From the IMG/VR virus record IMGVR_UViG_3300028558_000791, positions 416,839-480,838 of that record: a stretch of 64,000 nt of DNA. One strand, given 5' to 3'. The position numbers were made by a program, and so were the translations under genes. Position 1 is the first letter of the stretch. Each line of letters starts with the position of its first letter. Below are positions 8,972-18,008 of the stretch, one piece after another. The notes beneath the pieces were generated by a model. It saw only the letters and a program-made list of their open reading frames with translations. It was not told the origin of the DNA and ran no database searches.

Positions 8972-9229
8972 ATGAAAAAACATCTCATCATCCTACTCAC
9001 GCTTACCCTGATGGTGGCGGCAGGTGTTCACTGCGGGGAGCGTGAGTTGGAGTCAGAGTGTGACTCTTTCGGTCCCACATCCACACACTGTCAGTGGAAG
9101 ATCGAAAACAGGTATGCGGGACTCTGCTGTCCTGGCACACATCCCTACTGCGGTAGAGAGGGTACTACCTGTCCAGTTGGTAGTTGCTGCGAGTCGGCAC
9201 CTCTGTACACACATCTACACACCAACTAG
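8972..9229 (+). CDS. Secreted Cys-rich protein
   Basis: Signal-like N-terminus; CC and CG motifs. Confidence 0.6.
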   Translation: MKKHLIILLTLTLMVAAGVHCGERELESECDSFGPTSTHCQWKIENRYAGLCCPGTHPYCGREGTTCPVGSCCESAPLYTHLHTN

Positions 9230-9261
9230 CTCCCATTCACGGCAGACCGGAGAGCAAGGTC

Positions 9262-9483
9262 ATGAAGACCGCAATCGAGGTTCCCAAGGCCATTGTCATC
9301 CAGGTGGCTACGTGGTACGATGGTGAGCTGGTACTGGAGACGGTGTGTCGAGACTACGACCACTACACCACACTACCCAACGTGGTAGTCTACGAAGGGG
9401 TGGAGTGTGGTAAGACGGGTTGGAGTAGTGATAACCACTATGCCTGCTACAAGTCAGGAGCCAGTATCGCACATGGGCGCTGA
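9262..9483 (+). CDS. Hypothetical protein
   Basis: 11-mer at 9230, GGAG/AAGG RBS. Confidence 0.6.
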   Translation: MKTAIEVPKAIVIQVATWYDGELVLETVCRDYDHYTTLPNVVVYEGVECGKTGWSSDNHYACYKSGASIAHGR

Positions 9484-9622
9484 TTCCAAGAGCAAGCGTG
9501 AGCGTTGGGGCGAGGTAGTTAGCAAGACGGGGAAGTGTCCCTTCTGCCCACCTCACAACGGGGAGAACGCCAAGAGGCGTACTCGTACGGACAAGTACAA
9601 GAGCAAGCGCAAGGGCCGCTGA
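9473..9622 (+). CDS. Small basic CxxC peptide
   Basis: KCPFCPPH; overlaps the upstream stop. Confidence 0.5.
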   Translation: MGADSKSKRERWGEVVSKTGKCPFCPPHNGENAKRRTRTDKYKSKRKGR

Positions 9623-9670
9623 GGGCTCCCATTCACGGTCGAACGAAACCCAAGGTCGGAGGCAACGAAC

Positions 9671-10300
9671 ATGGCTGACACGAAAGAGCGCAAGATGACC
9701 CCCAAGGGATTCTTGCACAAGACCACGACCAAGGCCGCAAACTCGGCCATCGCGTTTCTGACTCAGTACCGGGAGTATCTGACCACGGGTGAGGTGAAGG
9801 AAGCCTGCGCCCCCATCATCGCCAAGGTGGACTCTGGTGAGCTTCTGCCCACCCCTGCCCTCAAGGAGATTCAGTATGCGGTGATGACGCACATCATCGT
9901 CTCTGACTCCACCAAGGCCGACAAGTCAGCGGTGGAGCCCAAGGTCAAGGGGCAGACACGCAAGGCATGGCGGTCAACCATCTACGATGCGGCTGGTGTA
10001 GTCCAGACTCGCACCAACGGCAAGGGTGAGGAGGAGGATCTCATTCAGGGGTTCGATCTCTCACAACGTGCCAACGAGTGGGCAGACCGGCGCTTGTTCG
10101 AGGGGACGCATGGCTGGTATGCCATCGTGGAGCACACTGTCATCCCCAACATCTCCAGTCGAATCGAGCGAGGGGATTCCATGGCACGAATCCTGAAGCA
10201 GCCCAAGGGGCCGGCCATTCAGCAGAAGGGCAAGAGCACCAAGACTCTCGGGTTCGGGGTCAAGGCCAAACAGACACGAGTGACTTTCTCGGGTAGCTGA
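9671..10300 (+). CDS. Hypothetical protein
   Basis: 209-aa ORF, GGAGG RBS, 11-mer at 9626. Confidence 0.8.
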   Translation: MADTKERKMTPKGFLHKTTTKAANSAIAFLTQYREYLTTGEVKEACAPIIAKVDSGELLPTPALKEIQYAVMTHIIVSDSTKADKSAVEPKVKGQTRKAWRSTIYDAAGVVQTRTNGKGEEEDLIQGFDLSQRANEWADRRLFEGTHGWYAIVEHTVIPNISSRIERGDSMARILKQPKGPAIQQKGKSTKTLGFGVKAKQTRVTFSGS

Positions 10301-10369
10301 GACAAGGGAGGGGCAGGTAGGTTGTCGTGGGCCTGACCTGCCCCTCCCATTCACGGAAGGACGAGTGAC

Positions 10370-10663
10370 ATGGCTATGACGTTGACCGAAGCAATGAAGG
10401 CACTGGGTACGACAACCGAGTCAGTCACGGCCAAGCTGAGGGAGAAAGGTATCAAAGGGTACCGTCGTCTGGCACACTCGTGTCCCCTCGCCAAGTATCT
10501 CAAGCAAGAGTGTCAGGTCCAGGATGTGACTGTCGGCACCACGGCTAACATCTACCAGGGTGAGAGTCAGACACCGGATGAGAGTTACATGCTCCCCGAT
10601 GGTGTCAAGGTGTGGGTGCAGAACTTCGATGATGGGATGTATCCGGAGTTCTGGTTGGACTGA
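10370..10663 (+). CDS. Hypothetical protein
   Basis: 11-mer at 10344; CPLAxYL pattern. Confidence 0.7.
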   Translation: MAMTLTEAMKALGTTTESVTAKLREKGIKGYRRLAHSCPLAKYLKQECQVQDVTVGTTANIYQGESQTPDESYMLPDGVKVWVQNFDDGMYPEFWLD

Positions 10664-10895
10664 AGGTCCCTTGCTGGAGTAGGTGTAGACCCCCCACCCC
10701 TAAAAAAGTTTTCGGTCAATTCTCAGAATCGGTAATCGGGCCTTGGAATCCACATAGTTTTTTCCAGGGTTTTTTGGCTCCCATTCACTGAGCGAATCTA
10801 GCGGCGGATCGGAAAGGGTGTATGTCGCCATGAGAACCTGGGAAGAGTACGAGGAAGAGACCAGCAAGTTTCCCTGGTGGTACACGGGGGACTAG

Positions 10896-11156
10896 GTGGA
10901 CACCGACGAATTCGAGATAACTGCAACACATCCACACATGGAGGCACGTGTGTGGACTAGGAGTCGCTACGAAGTAGCCAAGGCAATTGCTGATGGGGCG
11001 GTTACCAAGCTAGGGTATAGCAAGGTAGTAGTCATCAACACCTTCGGTGGCCATAGGAGCGATACCTTGTACGAGGTAGTGTCGGGCTCCCATTCACGGG
11101 ACTACGTGGAGGAGGAACGCAATGCAAGTCACCAAGCGTTCAATGCTCAGCGGTAA
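10896..11156 (+). CDS. Hypothetical protein
   Basis: GTG start; 11-mer near the 3' end. Confidence 0.5.
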   Translation: MDTDEFEITATHPHMEARVWTRSRYEVAKAIADGAVTKLGYSKVVVINTFGGHRSDTLYEVVSGSHSRDYVEEERNASHQAFNAQR

Positions 11157-11319
11157 AGAGCACACTCTGGAGATTGACATCACCTGGGAACAGATGCATC
11201 GTTGGAAGATGGGTGGAGAGCTACTACAGAACGTGTGTCCCCACTTGTCGGTGGATGACCGAGAGTTTCTCATCAGTGGTTCCACCAAGGAAGAGTGGGA
11301 TAACTTCTTCAAGCGATAA
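11122..11319 (+). CDS. Conserved small phage protein
   Basis: SMLSGKEHTLEI...LLQNVCPHLSVDDREFLISG pattern common in phages; GGAGG RBS. Confidence 0.75.
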   Translation: MQVTKRSMLSGKEHTLEIDITWEQMHRWKMGGELLQNVCPHLSVDDREFLISGSTKEEWDNFFKR

Positions 11320-11485
11320 GGGGCCTGCGAGTCTGGGTAGAACCAGTAAGGATCCCTTCACGTAAACCTGTAATAGTAACCTAAACCCTTGGCCCGTACC
11401 TATCGAAAGATGGGGCGGGCATAAGGCATTGAAACAACTTGGGAGATGCAATGCTCCCATTCACCAACGCAACGGAGCAATGCAC

Positions 11486-11662
11486 ATGGAAAACGTCAAG
11501 ATGTCGGTCAACGGAACGAAGCTCACCATCGAGGTGGATCTCGCCCATCGTGGTGCGAAGTCCAGCACGGGGAAGACGGTGCGAGTCGCTTCCACCGAGG
11601 GGAACATCGAGTGTCCCGAGAATCCGGCCATCAAGGTTGGCCTGAATATCTTTACGAAGTAA
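11486..11662 (+). CDS. Paralogue of 5107..5295
   Basis: GGAG RBS; shared KLTIEVDL/TGKT/VASTEGN. Confidence 0.85.
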   Translation: MENVKMSVNGTKLTIEVDLAHRGAKSSTGKTVRVASTEGNIECPENPAIKVGLNIFTK

Positions 11663-11723
11663 TTCGTAAGGGTAGGATCAACTCCCATTCACCAAACAAC
11701 CAAACGAGAGACACAACATCAAC

Positions 11724-11921
11724 ATGTGCGGCAACAAGCGGGATGCAGTCGAGAACGTCCAGATCAACCTCAACTACATGAAGGAGGACGTCAGCAGCGC
11801 ACTCTCCTACGCCAGTGATGTGGGCGACCCGGAGCTGACCAAGCAGCTCACGGAGCTGAAGGACAAGACCCAGGGCGTCAAGGACTACATCAAGTCCAAG
11901 GCCGACCCCAAGAAGGGCTGA
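11724..11921 (+). CDS. Small helical hypothetical protein
   Basis: 11-mer at 11682; strong codon bias. Confidence 0.7.
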   Translation: MCGNKRDAVENVQINLNYMKEDVSSALSYASDVGDPELTKQLTELKDKTQGVKDYIKSKADPKKG

Positions 11922-11986
11922 AGCACAAGACGGGCATTGGACCGATAGCTATCTAACCATACCTCCCTCTGGCGGTAGCTATCCGA

Positions 11987-12116
11987 GGTCCGAAACAAGG
12001 TAAGTGAAAGTATATAGGTAGGGTCCCTGTCACACTAGCGGTGGTGATGTCAGCCGTCCCGACCATGCGAGTAACTACCTTGTCCCCAGCGTAGGGCGCT
12101 GGGCTGATGAGCCAAC
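11987..12116 (+). ncRNA. Hammerhead ribozyme (type II-like permutation) with large insertion in stem III
   Basis: GAAA 11992-95; stem III ACAAGGTA/TACCTTGT; GUC at 12082-84; stem I CCCAGCG/CGCTGGG; CTGATGAG 12104-11; stem II is non-standard. Confidence 0.7.
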
Positions 12117-12284
12117 CATGAAGTATCTCCTCCCATTCATAGTAGTAGTGATGATAGGTTGCAGGACGGTACTACCCAAGGAAGACTACAGCATAGTCAT
12201 TACCTCTCATGTCTGCGATGTAGACGGAGGTGCGTGTCACAAGGAGACGAAGGTTCTCCCATTCACGGCGGAGGGTTCAAAGTG

Positions 12285-12533
12285 ATGGCAATCGGTACAA
12301 CGCTGACGGTTCAAGGAATCACTTGGGCATCCATGAAGTACAATGGCAAGCTAGCCCTGGGATACAGGAAGCATGCCATCGCTTGGGATTGTGGTAGTGG
12401 CAAGTATCACATCTTGGAAGAGGGTCGCAGTATCTTCTCTGACTCAAGTGTGACTGCCTGCTTGGAGAACGCGGCAGCACTGGTGTGGGACTACTACGCC
12501 AGCAAGATCATTCCCTCTTGGGAAGTGGCATAG
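12285..12533 (+). CDS. Hypothetical protein
   Basis: GGAGG RBS, 11-mer at 12256. Confidence 0.65.
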   Translation: MAIGTTLTVQGITWASMKYNGKLALGYRKHAIAWDCGSGKYHILEEGRSIFSDSSVTACLENAAALVWDYYASKIIPSWEVA

Positions 12534-12616
12534 GGACGAAGGCGCTCCCATTCACGGGACGCCGGCACGAACGAACAACCGAGCAATCACGCTCAACTGA
12601 AAAGGACGAATCAATC

Positions 12617-13069
12617 ATGGCTTGGGACAAGACCCCCTCTCAGAAGGAAGCCGTCAAGGCGTTTCTCGTGACCACGGATGGCAAGACGGATCTGGAGGCT
12701 TCGGTGGAGAAGTACCGCCAGGTGTGTCTCGGATACATCGCTGGTCAGACGGCAGAGCAGGATCTCGTTGCATCCTGCATGACGGAGCTGTTCAACTTCC
12801 GCAAGGGAGCCACGCTCAACCTGGACTACATCAAGAGCCAGACGGTGGCTCTGATGGTCAAGCGTGAGCCCAGCCTCAGCGACCCCACGCTGTTCGCCAT
12901 GCTGAGTGGTCGGGTGGAGGACTACCTCCATGCCAACTGCAACCAGCCGGCGCAGGAAGCCAAGGGCAAGCGTCCTGCCAAGGAAGCTGTCACTGGCCAG
13001 ACCTACTCGGTCCGTCGTGGTCTGGGTGGCGGGTTCTACCGCGACACCGACCAGGCGCCTACCAAGTGA
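12617..13069 (+). CDS. Winged-helix-like protein, paralogue of 29579..29995 and 19708..20187
   Basis: LVTTDG..D..AS, TELF, LSGRVEDY, RRGLGGG. Confidence 0.8.
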   Translation: MAWDKTPSQKEAVKAFLVTTDGKTDLEASVEKYRQVCLGYIAGQTAEQDLVASCMTELFNFRKGATLNLDYIKSQTVALMVKREPSLSDPTLFAMLSGRVEDYLHANCNQPAQEAKGKRPAKEAVTGQTYSVRRGLGGGFYRDTDQAPTK

Positions 13070-13167
13070 GGTTCATTCGCCGACAGTGGGCCAAGGTGGT
13101 TCACTGGATCAACGACGGAACGCACGGTCCCTGCGACTGGTAGGGTTACCATTCACGGAGAGTCAGC

Positions 13168-13791
13168 ATGCGTAATTCAATTGCGGTGATGTTGTGCTGC
13201 TTGGTTTGCGCATGCGGCTCTTTTGCTTCAGAGGATGAGGCGAGTGATACTGTTGCTGCTACCACTGATTATGGTAGTAGCAGCAACAGTGATAGTGGGA
13301 ATGACAACATTGTTGTCATCATTCACAAGGGAGTTTTCACTTTCTACAACGACAGTGATTCTCAGGTGAGTGACTCTGGTGTCGAGACCAGTGTGGATGT
13401 GTCGGATGCTGGAGTGGATTCCAGTGACGATGATGCATCGGCTGGTGATGATGCCGGCCTGAGCGAACCGACTTGCGAGACAGGAACCTACGTTGTCGGG
13501 CATTGCCTATACAACATGGCTACTGTTTGTCAGGAATACTTTTCTGACCATGAAGCTGACTGCAAGAGTCTGACGGTTCATCCTATGGGAGGGTCTTGGT
13601 GGCCTGGACCATGTGGTGGTGAGCCTGGCACTGACCTTCACCGTTCATCTGGTGGCTGTATGAACGAGTGTGGGAGCATTACTTGGAGTTACCGCCTGGG
13701 TGGTGGTCCTCCTGACGAGGTATCGATTCAGGGCGAGAAGGATCTTTGCGAAGCCTTCCCTGGTTATACCTACATCATGACTGGATTCTGA
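13168..13791 (+). CDS. Cys-rich, acidic lipoprotein of myxobacterial style
   Basis: LVCAC lipobox-like; D/S/A-rich linker (DAGVD, DASAGDDAG); paired Cys. Confidence 0.7.
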   Translation: MRNSIAVMLCCLVCACGSFASEDEASDTVAATTDYGSSSNSDSGNDNIVVIIHKGVFTFYNDSDSQVSDSGVETSVDVSDAGVDSSDDDASAGDDAGLSEPTCETGTYVVGHCLYNMATVCQEYFSDHEADCKSLTVHPMGGSWWPGPCGGEPGTDLHRSSGGCMNECGSITWSYRLGGGPPDEVSIQGEKDLCEAFPGYTYIMTGF

Positions 13792-13990
13792 CACGAGGTT
13801 TCCTAGACAGAGTGACGGTTGCCTCCCTGAATAAGACAGAGGGTTACTATGCAATGGTCAAGCGCCAGTAACCGGGACGCAGCTTGATAGGACTGACCAA
13901 CTAACAAGTCAGTGGGTTTCGACTCCCATTCACGGCAGAGAACGTCGTGAGCTATATGAGGCAGGCGTCACCCTGTTTAGGAGATACATC

Positions 13991-14350
13991 ATGTGCAATC
14001 CCGATGTGGATACTAAGGTCGAGTTGGCGAGACTGCCACAACTCCTACGGGAGAGGGGATGGTCAAGCTCAGAAGTCAAGAAGGACTATCCTGGTTCTTC
14101 TGGTCCTGGCGACTGGATCCAAGGTTCCTCGGGGCCAACCGAAACCCACCAGGGGATCACTTTCTTCTCTGGCACACCATTCCAGGTGATTGCCCGTGAG
14201 GATGACCTAAAGGTACGAGTAGGTTGGCCGGCACAAGGAACGACTACCTATACTTGCTTCTCAGCAGAGCAGGTGGAATGGTGGTTGGGTAAGATACTGG
14301 AGATGGCCGACAAGGACATTGCTGATAGACGACGGGCCTTACTAGTCTGA
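13991..14350 (+). CDS. Hypothetical protein
   Basis: AGGAG RBS, 11-mer at 13923. Confidence 0.65.
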   Translation: MCNPDVDTKVELARLPQLLRERGWSSSEVKKDYPGSSGPGDWIQGSSGPTETHQGITFFSGTPFQVIAREDDLKVRVGWPAQGTTTYTCFSAEQVEWWLGKILEMADKDIADRRRALLV

Positions 14351-14353
14351 GAT

Positions 14354-14433
14354 GTAGCTAAGAGAGCGTAGGTTCGCTCAAGGGTGTTGTAACCCTGGCC
14401 TGATCAACCGTGGTTCGAGTCCACCTAGCTACC
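14354..14433 (+). ncRNA. Cloverleaf tRNA-like RNA with 6-nt anticodon loop
   Basis: GTAGCTA/TAGCTAC acceptor; GAGCG/CGCTC D-like arm; AGGGT-GTTGTA-ACCCT; GTGG-TTCGAGT-CCAC. Confidence 0.6.
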
Positions 14434-14566
14434 CGAGCTGACTGTCACACCGAAGGATACGACCCTCTCCAAAGAACCCCCAGGGAGGCTACGGAGGATC
14501 TTTTCGTCCCTCGATGGACTAGGTGGCACATCCCCGAAGGTGGTTGGGGAAGTGTGCAACGACAGT

Positions 14567-14601
14567 CGGCTCTCTAATTGCACTCTGCAAAACAGGAGCC
14601 A
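14567..14601. promoter_or_regulatory. Double opposed sigma54-like site, copy 8
   Basis: CGGCTCTCTAATTGCA-CTC-TGCAAAACAGGAGCCA; GG-N10-GC on both strands; 11-mer 6 nt downstream. Confidence 0.55.
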
Positions 14602-14643
14602 TCGGTGCTCCCATTCACGGCACGACGAAAGCCGAGGGAGTCG

Positions 14644-14832
14644 ATGTATCCTATCGTTTGCAAACATCACAAGGAACATTGCGAGGACTGCGCTATGTGT
14701 CGTAACTTCGACCAGGCTGTCCAACAGAGCTTAGTGAGTTTCAAGCCTCATCCTAGCCAACACTCCACGGTCATGATGCCGAGAATCAAGGCTTGGATTG
14801 ACTCAGTGTTTCCGGTTCCCATCAAGTCATAG
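14644..14832 (+). CDS. Small Cys/His-rich protein
   Basis: GAGGGAG RBS; CKHHKEHCEDC. Confidence 0.5.
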   Translation: MYPIVCKHHKEHCEDCAMCRNFDQAVQQSLVSFKPHPSQHSTVMMPRIKAWIDSVFPVPIKS

Positions 14833-14838
14833 GGCCAC

Positions 14839-15207
14839 ATGAAACTCCTACTCAACGCCATTCAATGTCTGTCATGTGATGAAGTGATTGTCTCTCGGGA
14901 CCGTCATGACTTCAAGACATGCAAGTGTGGTAAGGTTAGCGTGGATGGTGGGTTGGACTACAAACGGCGTGCCTTCCAGGGAGTACATAGTTACTTGGAG
15001 CGTTGTGCCTGGACCTATTCCAAGAACACCAATCCCAGCGATGTGGTAGACAAGTTCATTGTCTGGAGTCCTGGCGGCAAGACCAATCCTGGAGTCATCT
15101 TCGACTATCAGGGCGATGCCGAAGCATCGGCCAAGGAACTATCGGCCAGGGTTCCAGAGAGTGATTGGTACGTGGCACAACTGTATCACGTGCCCACTAA
15201 GCCATGA
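14839..15207 (+). CDS. Zn-binding phage protein
   Basis: NAIQCLSC...HDFKTCKCGKVSVDGG, a pattern common in phages. Confidence 0.75.
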   Translation: MKLLLNAIQCLSCDEVIVSRDRHDFKTCKCGKVSVDGGLDYKRRAFQGVHSYLERCAWTYSKNTNPSDVVDKFIVWSPGGKTNPGVIFDYQGDAEASAKELSARVPESDWYVAQLYHVPTKP

Positions 15208-15911
15208 TTCGCTGGCTACTTGCCAAGCTCTGGGAGAAGGTCAATCTACCTGCTGTCTATCGAGAGATGAAAGCTCTTGGTAAGAAGCATGGTCGAAGAT
15301 TCTTCTGGGCGGCTATCATCTGGGAAGCCATCGAAGACATCGTGCTCCCATTCATCGCCTGGTTGTGCGGAGTGCCAGAGTTGATTCCGGTCTTCCTGGT
15401 CCTGCACTTCGAGCCCATCGTTTACCCTGCCTTCTTCTGGGGATTCAAAACCTGGGACCGGCTACATGGTAGGGAACCTTGGGAGCCTAATCGAGAAGCT
15501 CAGTCTACACACTGGCGTTCTATCCTGAAAGGACTCACACTTCATCTGACTGTCTCTGGCTGGTTGTTACAGGTTGTTGCCTGGAAGCCACTAGCTATCC
15601 TGATGGTACTGATGAGTCTCTTTGGATTCATTCACGAGCGTATCTGGCATGATACTAACTATGGTATCATTGGAGATGATGTAGTTCAGTATCGGCGAAG
15701 CCTCGCTAAAGCTGGCACCTACTTGCTCATCTCCAGCATGACACTGTATCCTCTCCTGAAGGTTACTGGCTCGGTGCATATTCTGCATTCGTTGCTACTG
15801 GCTCAAGGTATAACGGGTTTCTTGTACCTGTTGTTGGAGAGTGTGTGGGCCAAGTCTAAGTGGGGTGTGACTCCCATTCACCCGCCTGATGACCCCGAGG
15901 AACATCGATAA
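15204..15911 (+). CDS. Multi-pass membrane protein with DUF2061-like repeats
   Basis: RSILK...FIHERIW and RSLAKAGTY...LESVW; several TM segments. Confidence 0.65.
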   Translation: MIRWLLAKLWEKVNLPAVYREMKALGKKHGRRFFWAAIIWEAIEDIVLPFIAWLCGVPELIPVFLVLHFEPIVYPAFFWGFKTWDRLHGREPWEPNREAQSTHWRSILKGLTLHLTVSGWLLQVVAWKPLAILMVLMSLFGFIHERIWHDTNYGIIGDDVVQYRRSLAKAGTYLLISSMTLYPLLKVTGSVHILHSLLLAQGITGFLYLLLESVWAKSKWGVTPIHPPDDPEEHR

Positions 15912-15916
15912 AACAT

Positions 15917-16108
15917 ATGCTGACTCCCGAGGAAGCTGTTGCCTATCACTTCATCAAGGCTTGGTTGGCGTGGGAAGAGGCCCATGACATTCAAGAATGG
16001 ATGGAGCGAGGTTTCAAGTTCAACGACGCTGATAGCCATCTCTATCAGGCCATTGGGCTTGCTGGATTGAAGTGGCCTTGGGAGTATCGCCTTCCCCGCA
16101 AGAGGTAG
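15917..16108 (+). CDS. Hypothetical protein
   Basis: Gene-packed position, upstream 11-mer at 15871. Confidence 0.55.
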   Translation: MLTPEEAVAYHFIKAWLAWEEAHDIQEWMERGFKFNDADSHLYQAIGLAGLKWPWEYRLPRKR

Positions 16109-16112
16109 CAAC

Positions 16113-16718
16113 GTGGCCTACACTGGACAACAACGGTTCCTACTCAGAGACGCTGACAAGTATCTCGAATTGGGATATCGAGTTGGCCTAGCTAAGGACA
16201 AGAAGTTCCTCAAGGAATACAAGAACACAACGACCATGACCTTCTGGGGTCCAATGCAGACTACTCCAGAAGTGAACGTTGACTTCAATGGCATCTCAAT
16301 CATCCCCGATGAGATTGTCTGCGTGGACATTGACATACCAGACTTCAGTGTTGTGTACGAGGAACTACCTCCTACCTTCAAGGAGAAGACGCCACGTGGT
16401 TGGCATCTCTGGTATCGTCTACCACAAGTGATTGGCGCACCCTGGTCACCGCAGATCAAGTGGCGCCCGCATGTTGACTTACTGACAACAGAGAAGATTG
16501 TCACACTCAGTCTTGGTTCTCCCTTCAAACGGCGGTCTCGCTATGACACTGGGGATGACGATGATGGGCAAGACGAACCGGCCATCGTCTCACACTGGGG
16601 TGAGCATGTGCTAAGCAGTGGAACTACAGGCTATCAACGAATGTGGCCTGATGAGACTCCTGCAAAAGCTGATCTTCCGATGGCGCCTCAATGGCTCCAA
16701 GACGCGCTGCTCAAGTAA
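16113..16718 (+). CDS. Prim-Pol (bifunctional primase/polymerase N-terminal)-like domain protein
   Basis: VCVDID and KTPRGWHLWY match AEP motifs DxD and T..G.H. Confidence 0.65.
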   Translation: MAYTGQQRFLLRDADKYLELGYRVGLAKDKKFLKEYKNTTTMTFWGPMQTTPEVNVDFNGISIIPDEIVCVDIDIPDFSVVYEELPPTFKEKTPRGWHLWYRLPQVIGAPWSPQIKWRPHVDLLTTEKIVTLSLGSPFKRRSRYDTGDDDDGQDEPAIVSHWGEHVLSSGTTGYQRMWPDETPAKADLPMAPQWLQDALLK

Positions 16719-16730
16719 GGGCTCCCATTC

Positions 16731-17042
16731 ATGGAACCGGCTAAGCTGACTCATGTGGCGGTTCGAGTAAGAGGAGTCCTCTACTCACTACCGTCTCCCA
16801 ACAGACACCATCATATCCTCTGGATTCTTGCCAAGAGAAAAGGCGATGAGGGTGCGCCAGAGGTGGCTGACGAGCACCTGCTAACGGAGACCTTGAATGC
16901 TGGCGATAACAGTCAAGGTTTCTTGGATGCCGATGGTCAGTACCTAAACAGGGCTGACGGTCTAATCAGGGCGCAAGCTACTGGACAGATCAAGAACGGG
17001 AAGACTATCGGAAGTGTTCTCACTTCGGAGGACTTGTGGTAA
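16731..17042 (+). CDS. Conserved phage hypothetical protein
   Basis: PNRHH...QGFLD..GQYLNR...LTSEDLW pattern; ATG overlaps an 11-mer variant. Confidence 0.75.
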   Translation: MEPAKLTHVAVRVRGVLYSLPSPNRHHHILWILAKRKGDEGAPEVADEHLLTETLNAGDNSQGFLDADGQYLNRADGLIRAQATGQIKNGKTIGSVLTSEDLW

Positions 17043-17221
17043 TGGCCAACGAACAATCGGTTGCGGTCAACATCGAGAAGCTGGGTGAGTTTCATACTCG
17101 CCAAGACAAGTGCCCGAGCTGCAAGAGCAAGGACATCAAACAGACTGACCCACCGGAGAACGGTACGCACTCCAAGGAGTGCAACATCTGTGACTATCAC
17201 TGGATGGAAACGCTTTCGTAG
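17042..17221 (+). CDS. Small zinc-ribbon protein
   Basis: CPSC...CNIC. Confidence 0.6.
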   Translation: MANEQSVAVNIEKLGEFHTRQDKCPSCKSKDIKQTDPPENGTHSKECNICDYHWMETLS

Positions 17222-17256
17222 CGCCTCCCATTCACGGCACATCGGGGGCCGAAGCC

Positions 17257-17655
17257 ATGAGCAAGCAGAACGAAATCGTACTCAAGCTGTATGACGAAGA
17301 GGGAGACGAGGTGGAGCACACCTTCCCTTCCAAGAACGAAGTGTGTCCGACCTGTGAAGGATTCGGTACTCACCTCAACCCCAGCATCGGCAACCATGCT
17401 TACACCATGGAAGAATTCAACGAGTCCTTCGATGAAGAAGGTAAGGAAGAATACTTCCGTCGGGGCGGCATCTACGATGTCACCTGCGAAGAGTGCAAGG
17501 GCAACAAGGTCATCCAGGTAGTGGATGAGGACCATCTTAGCGATGAGCAGAAGAAGCTTTACGCAGAGTGGGAAGAGCAAGAGGAAGAACGAATCAGTGA
17601 TGAGAGGGCTGATGCTCGCACTCGCTACTACGAATCTGGAGGCTACGATTACTGA
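17257..17655 (+). CDS. DnaJ-type zinc-finger-like phage protein
   Basis: CPTCEGFG...CEECKG. Confidence 0.75.
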   Translation: MSKQNEIVLKLYDEEGDEVEHTFPSKNEVCPTCEGFGTHLNPSIGNHAYTMEEFNESFDEEGKEEYFRRGGIYDVTCEECKGNKVIQVVDEDHLSDEQKKLYAEWEEQEEERISDERADARTRYYESGGYDY

Positions 17656-18008
17656 TGCCATCTCCCATTCACAATCCGTCGTTCGTCCAACGTAATCCAG
17701 CCACCAAGGAAATTGATGTGCAAGCCAGCCTGCGTATCATTGCCAAGGACTTGATTACTCAGAGGGACGAAGAGAAGCGGGTTCGCTCCAGTCGTCGGTA
17801 TCGCAATGCGGTCCGGGCTGTCCTTCTCGCCAATAACAACATCCCCATGACCAGGGCAGAGTTGGTCCGTGGTGCCATCACCAAGCTCAGAGTCAAGGAT
17901 TCCGAACGGACCAAGACGCTGGATGACTTGTGGAACCATGTCACCGCCAACCGCGAATTCGGCTACCTGTATATGGCAGGCCGAGGAATGAATCTCAAGC
18001 AACCATGA
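17655..18008 (+). CDS. Basic helical hypothetical protein
   Basis: TGATG coupling; internal 11-mer (PSPIH). Confidence 0.7.
   Translation: MPSPIHNPSFVQRNPATKEIDVQASLRIIAKDLITQRDEEKRVRSSRRYRNAVRAVLLANNNIPMTRAELVRGAITKLRVKDSERTKTLDDLWNHVTANREFGYLYMAGRGMNLKQP

Noticed and set aside
13845-13933. tRNA-like element ending in GGG-TTTCGACT-CCC
   Set aside because: The T-like loop is 8 nt, its 3' arm is supplied by the 11-mer, and no acceptor stem was found.
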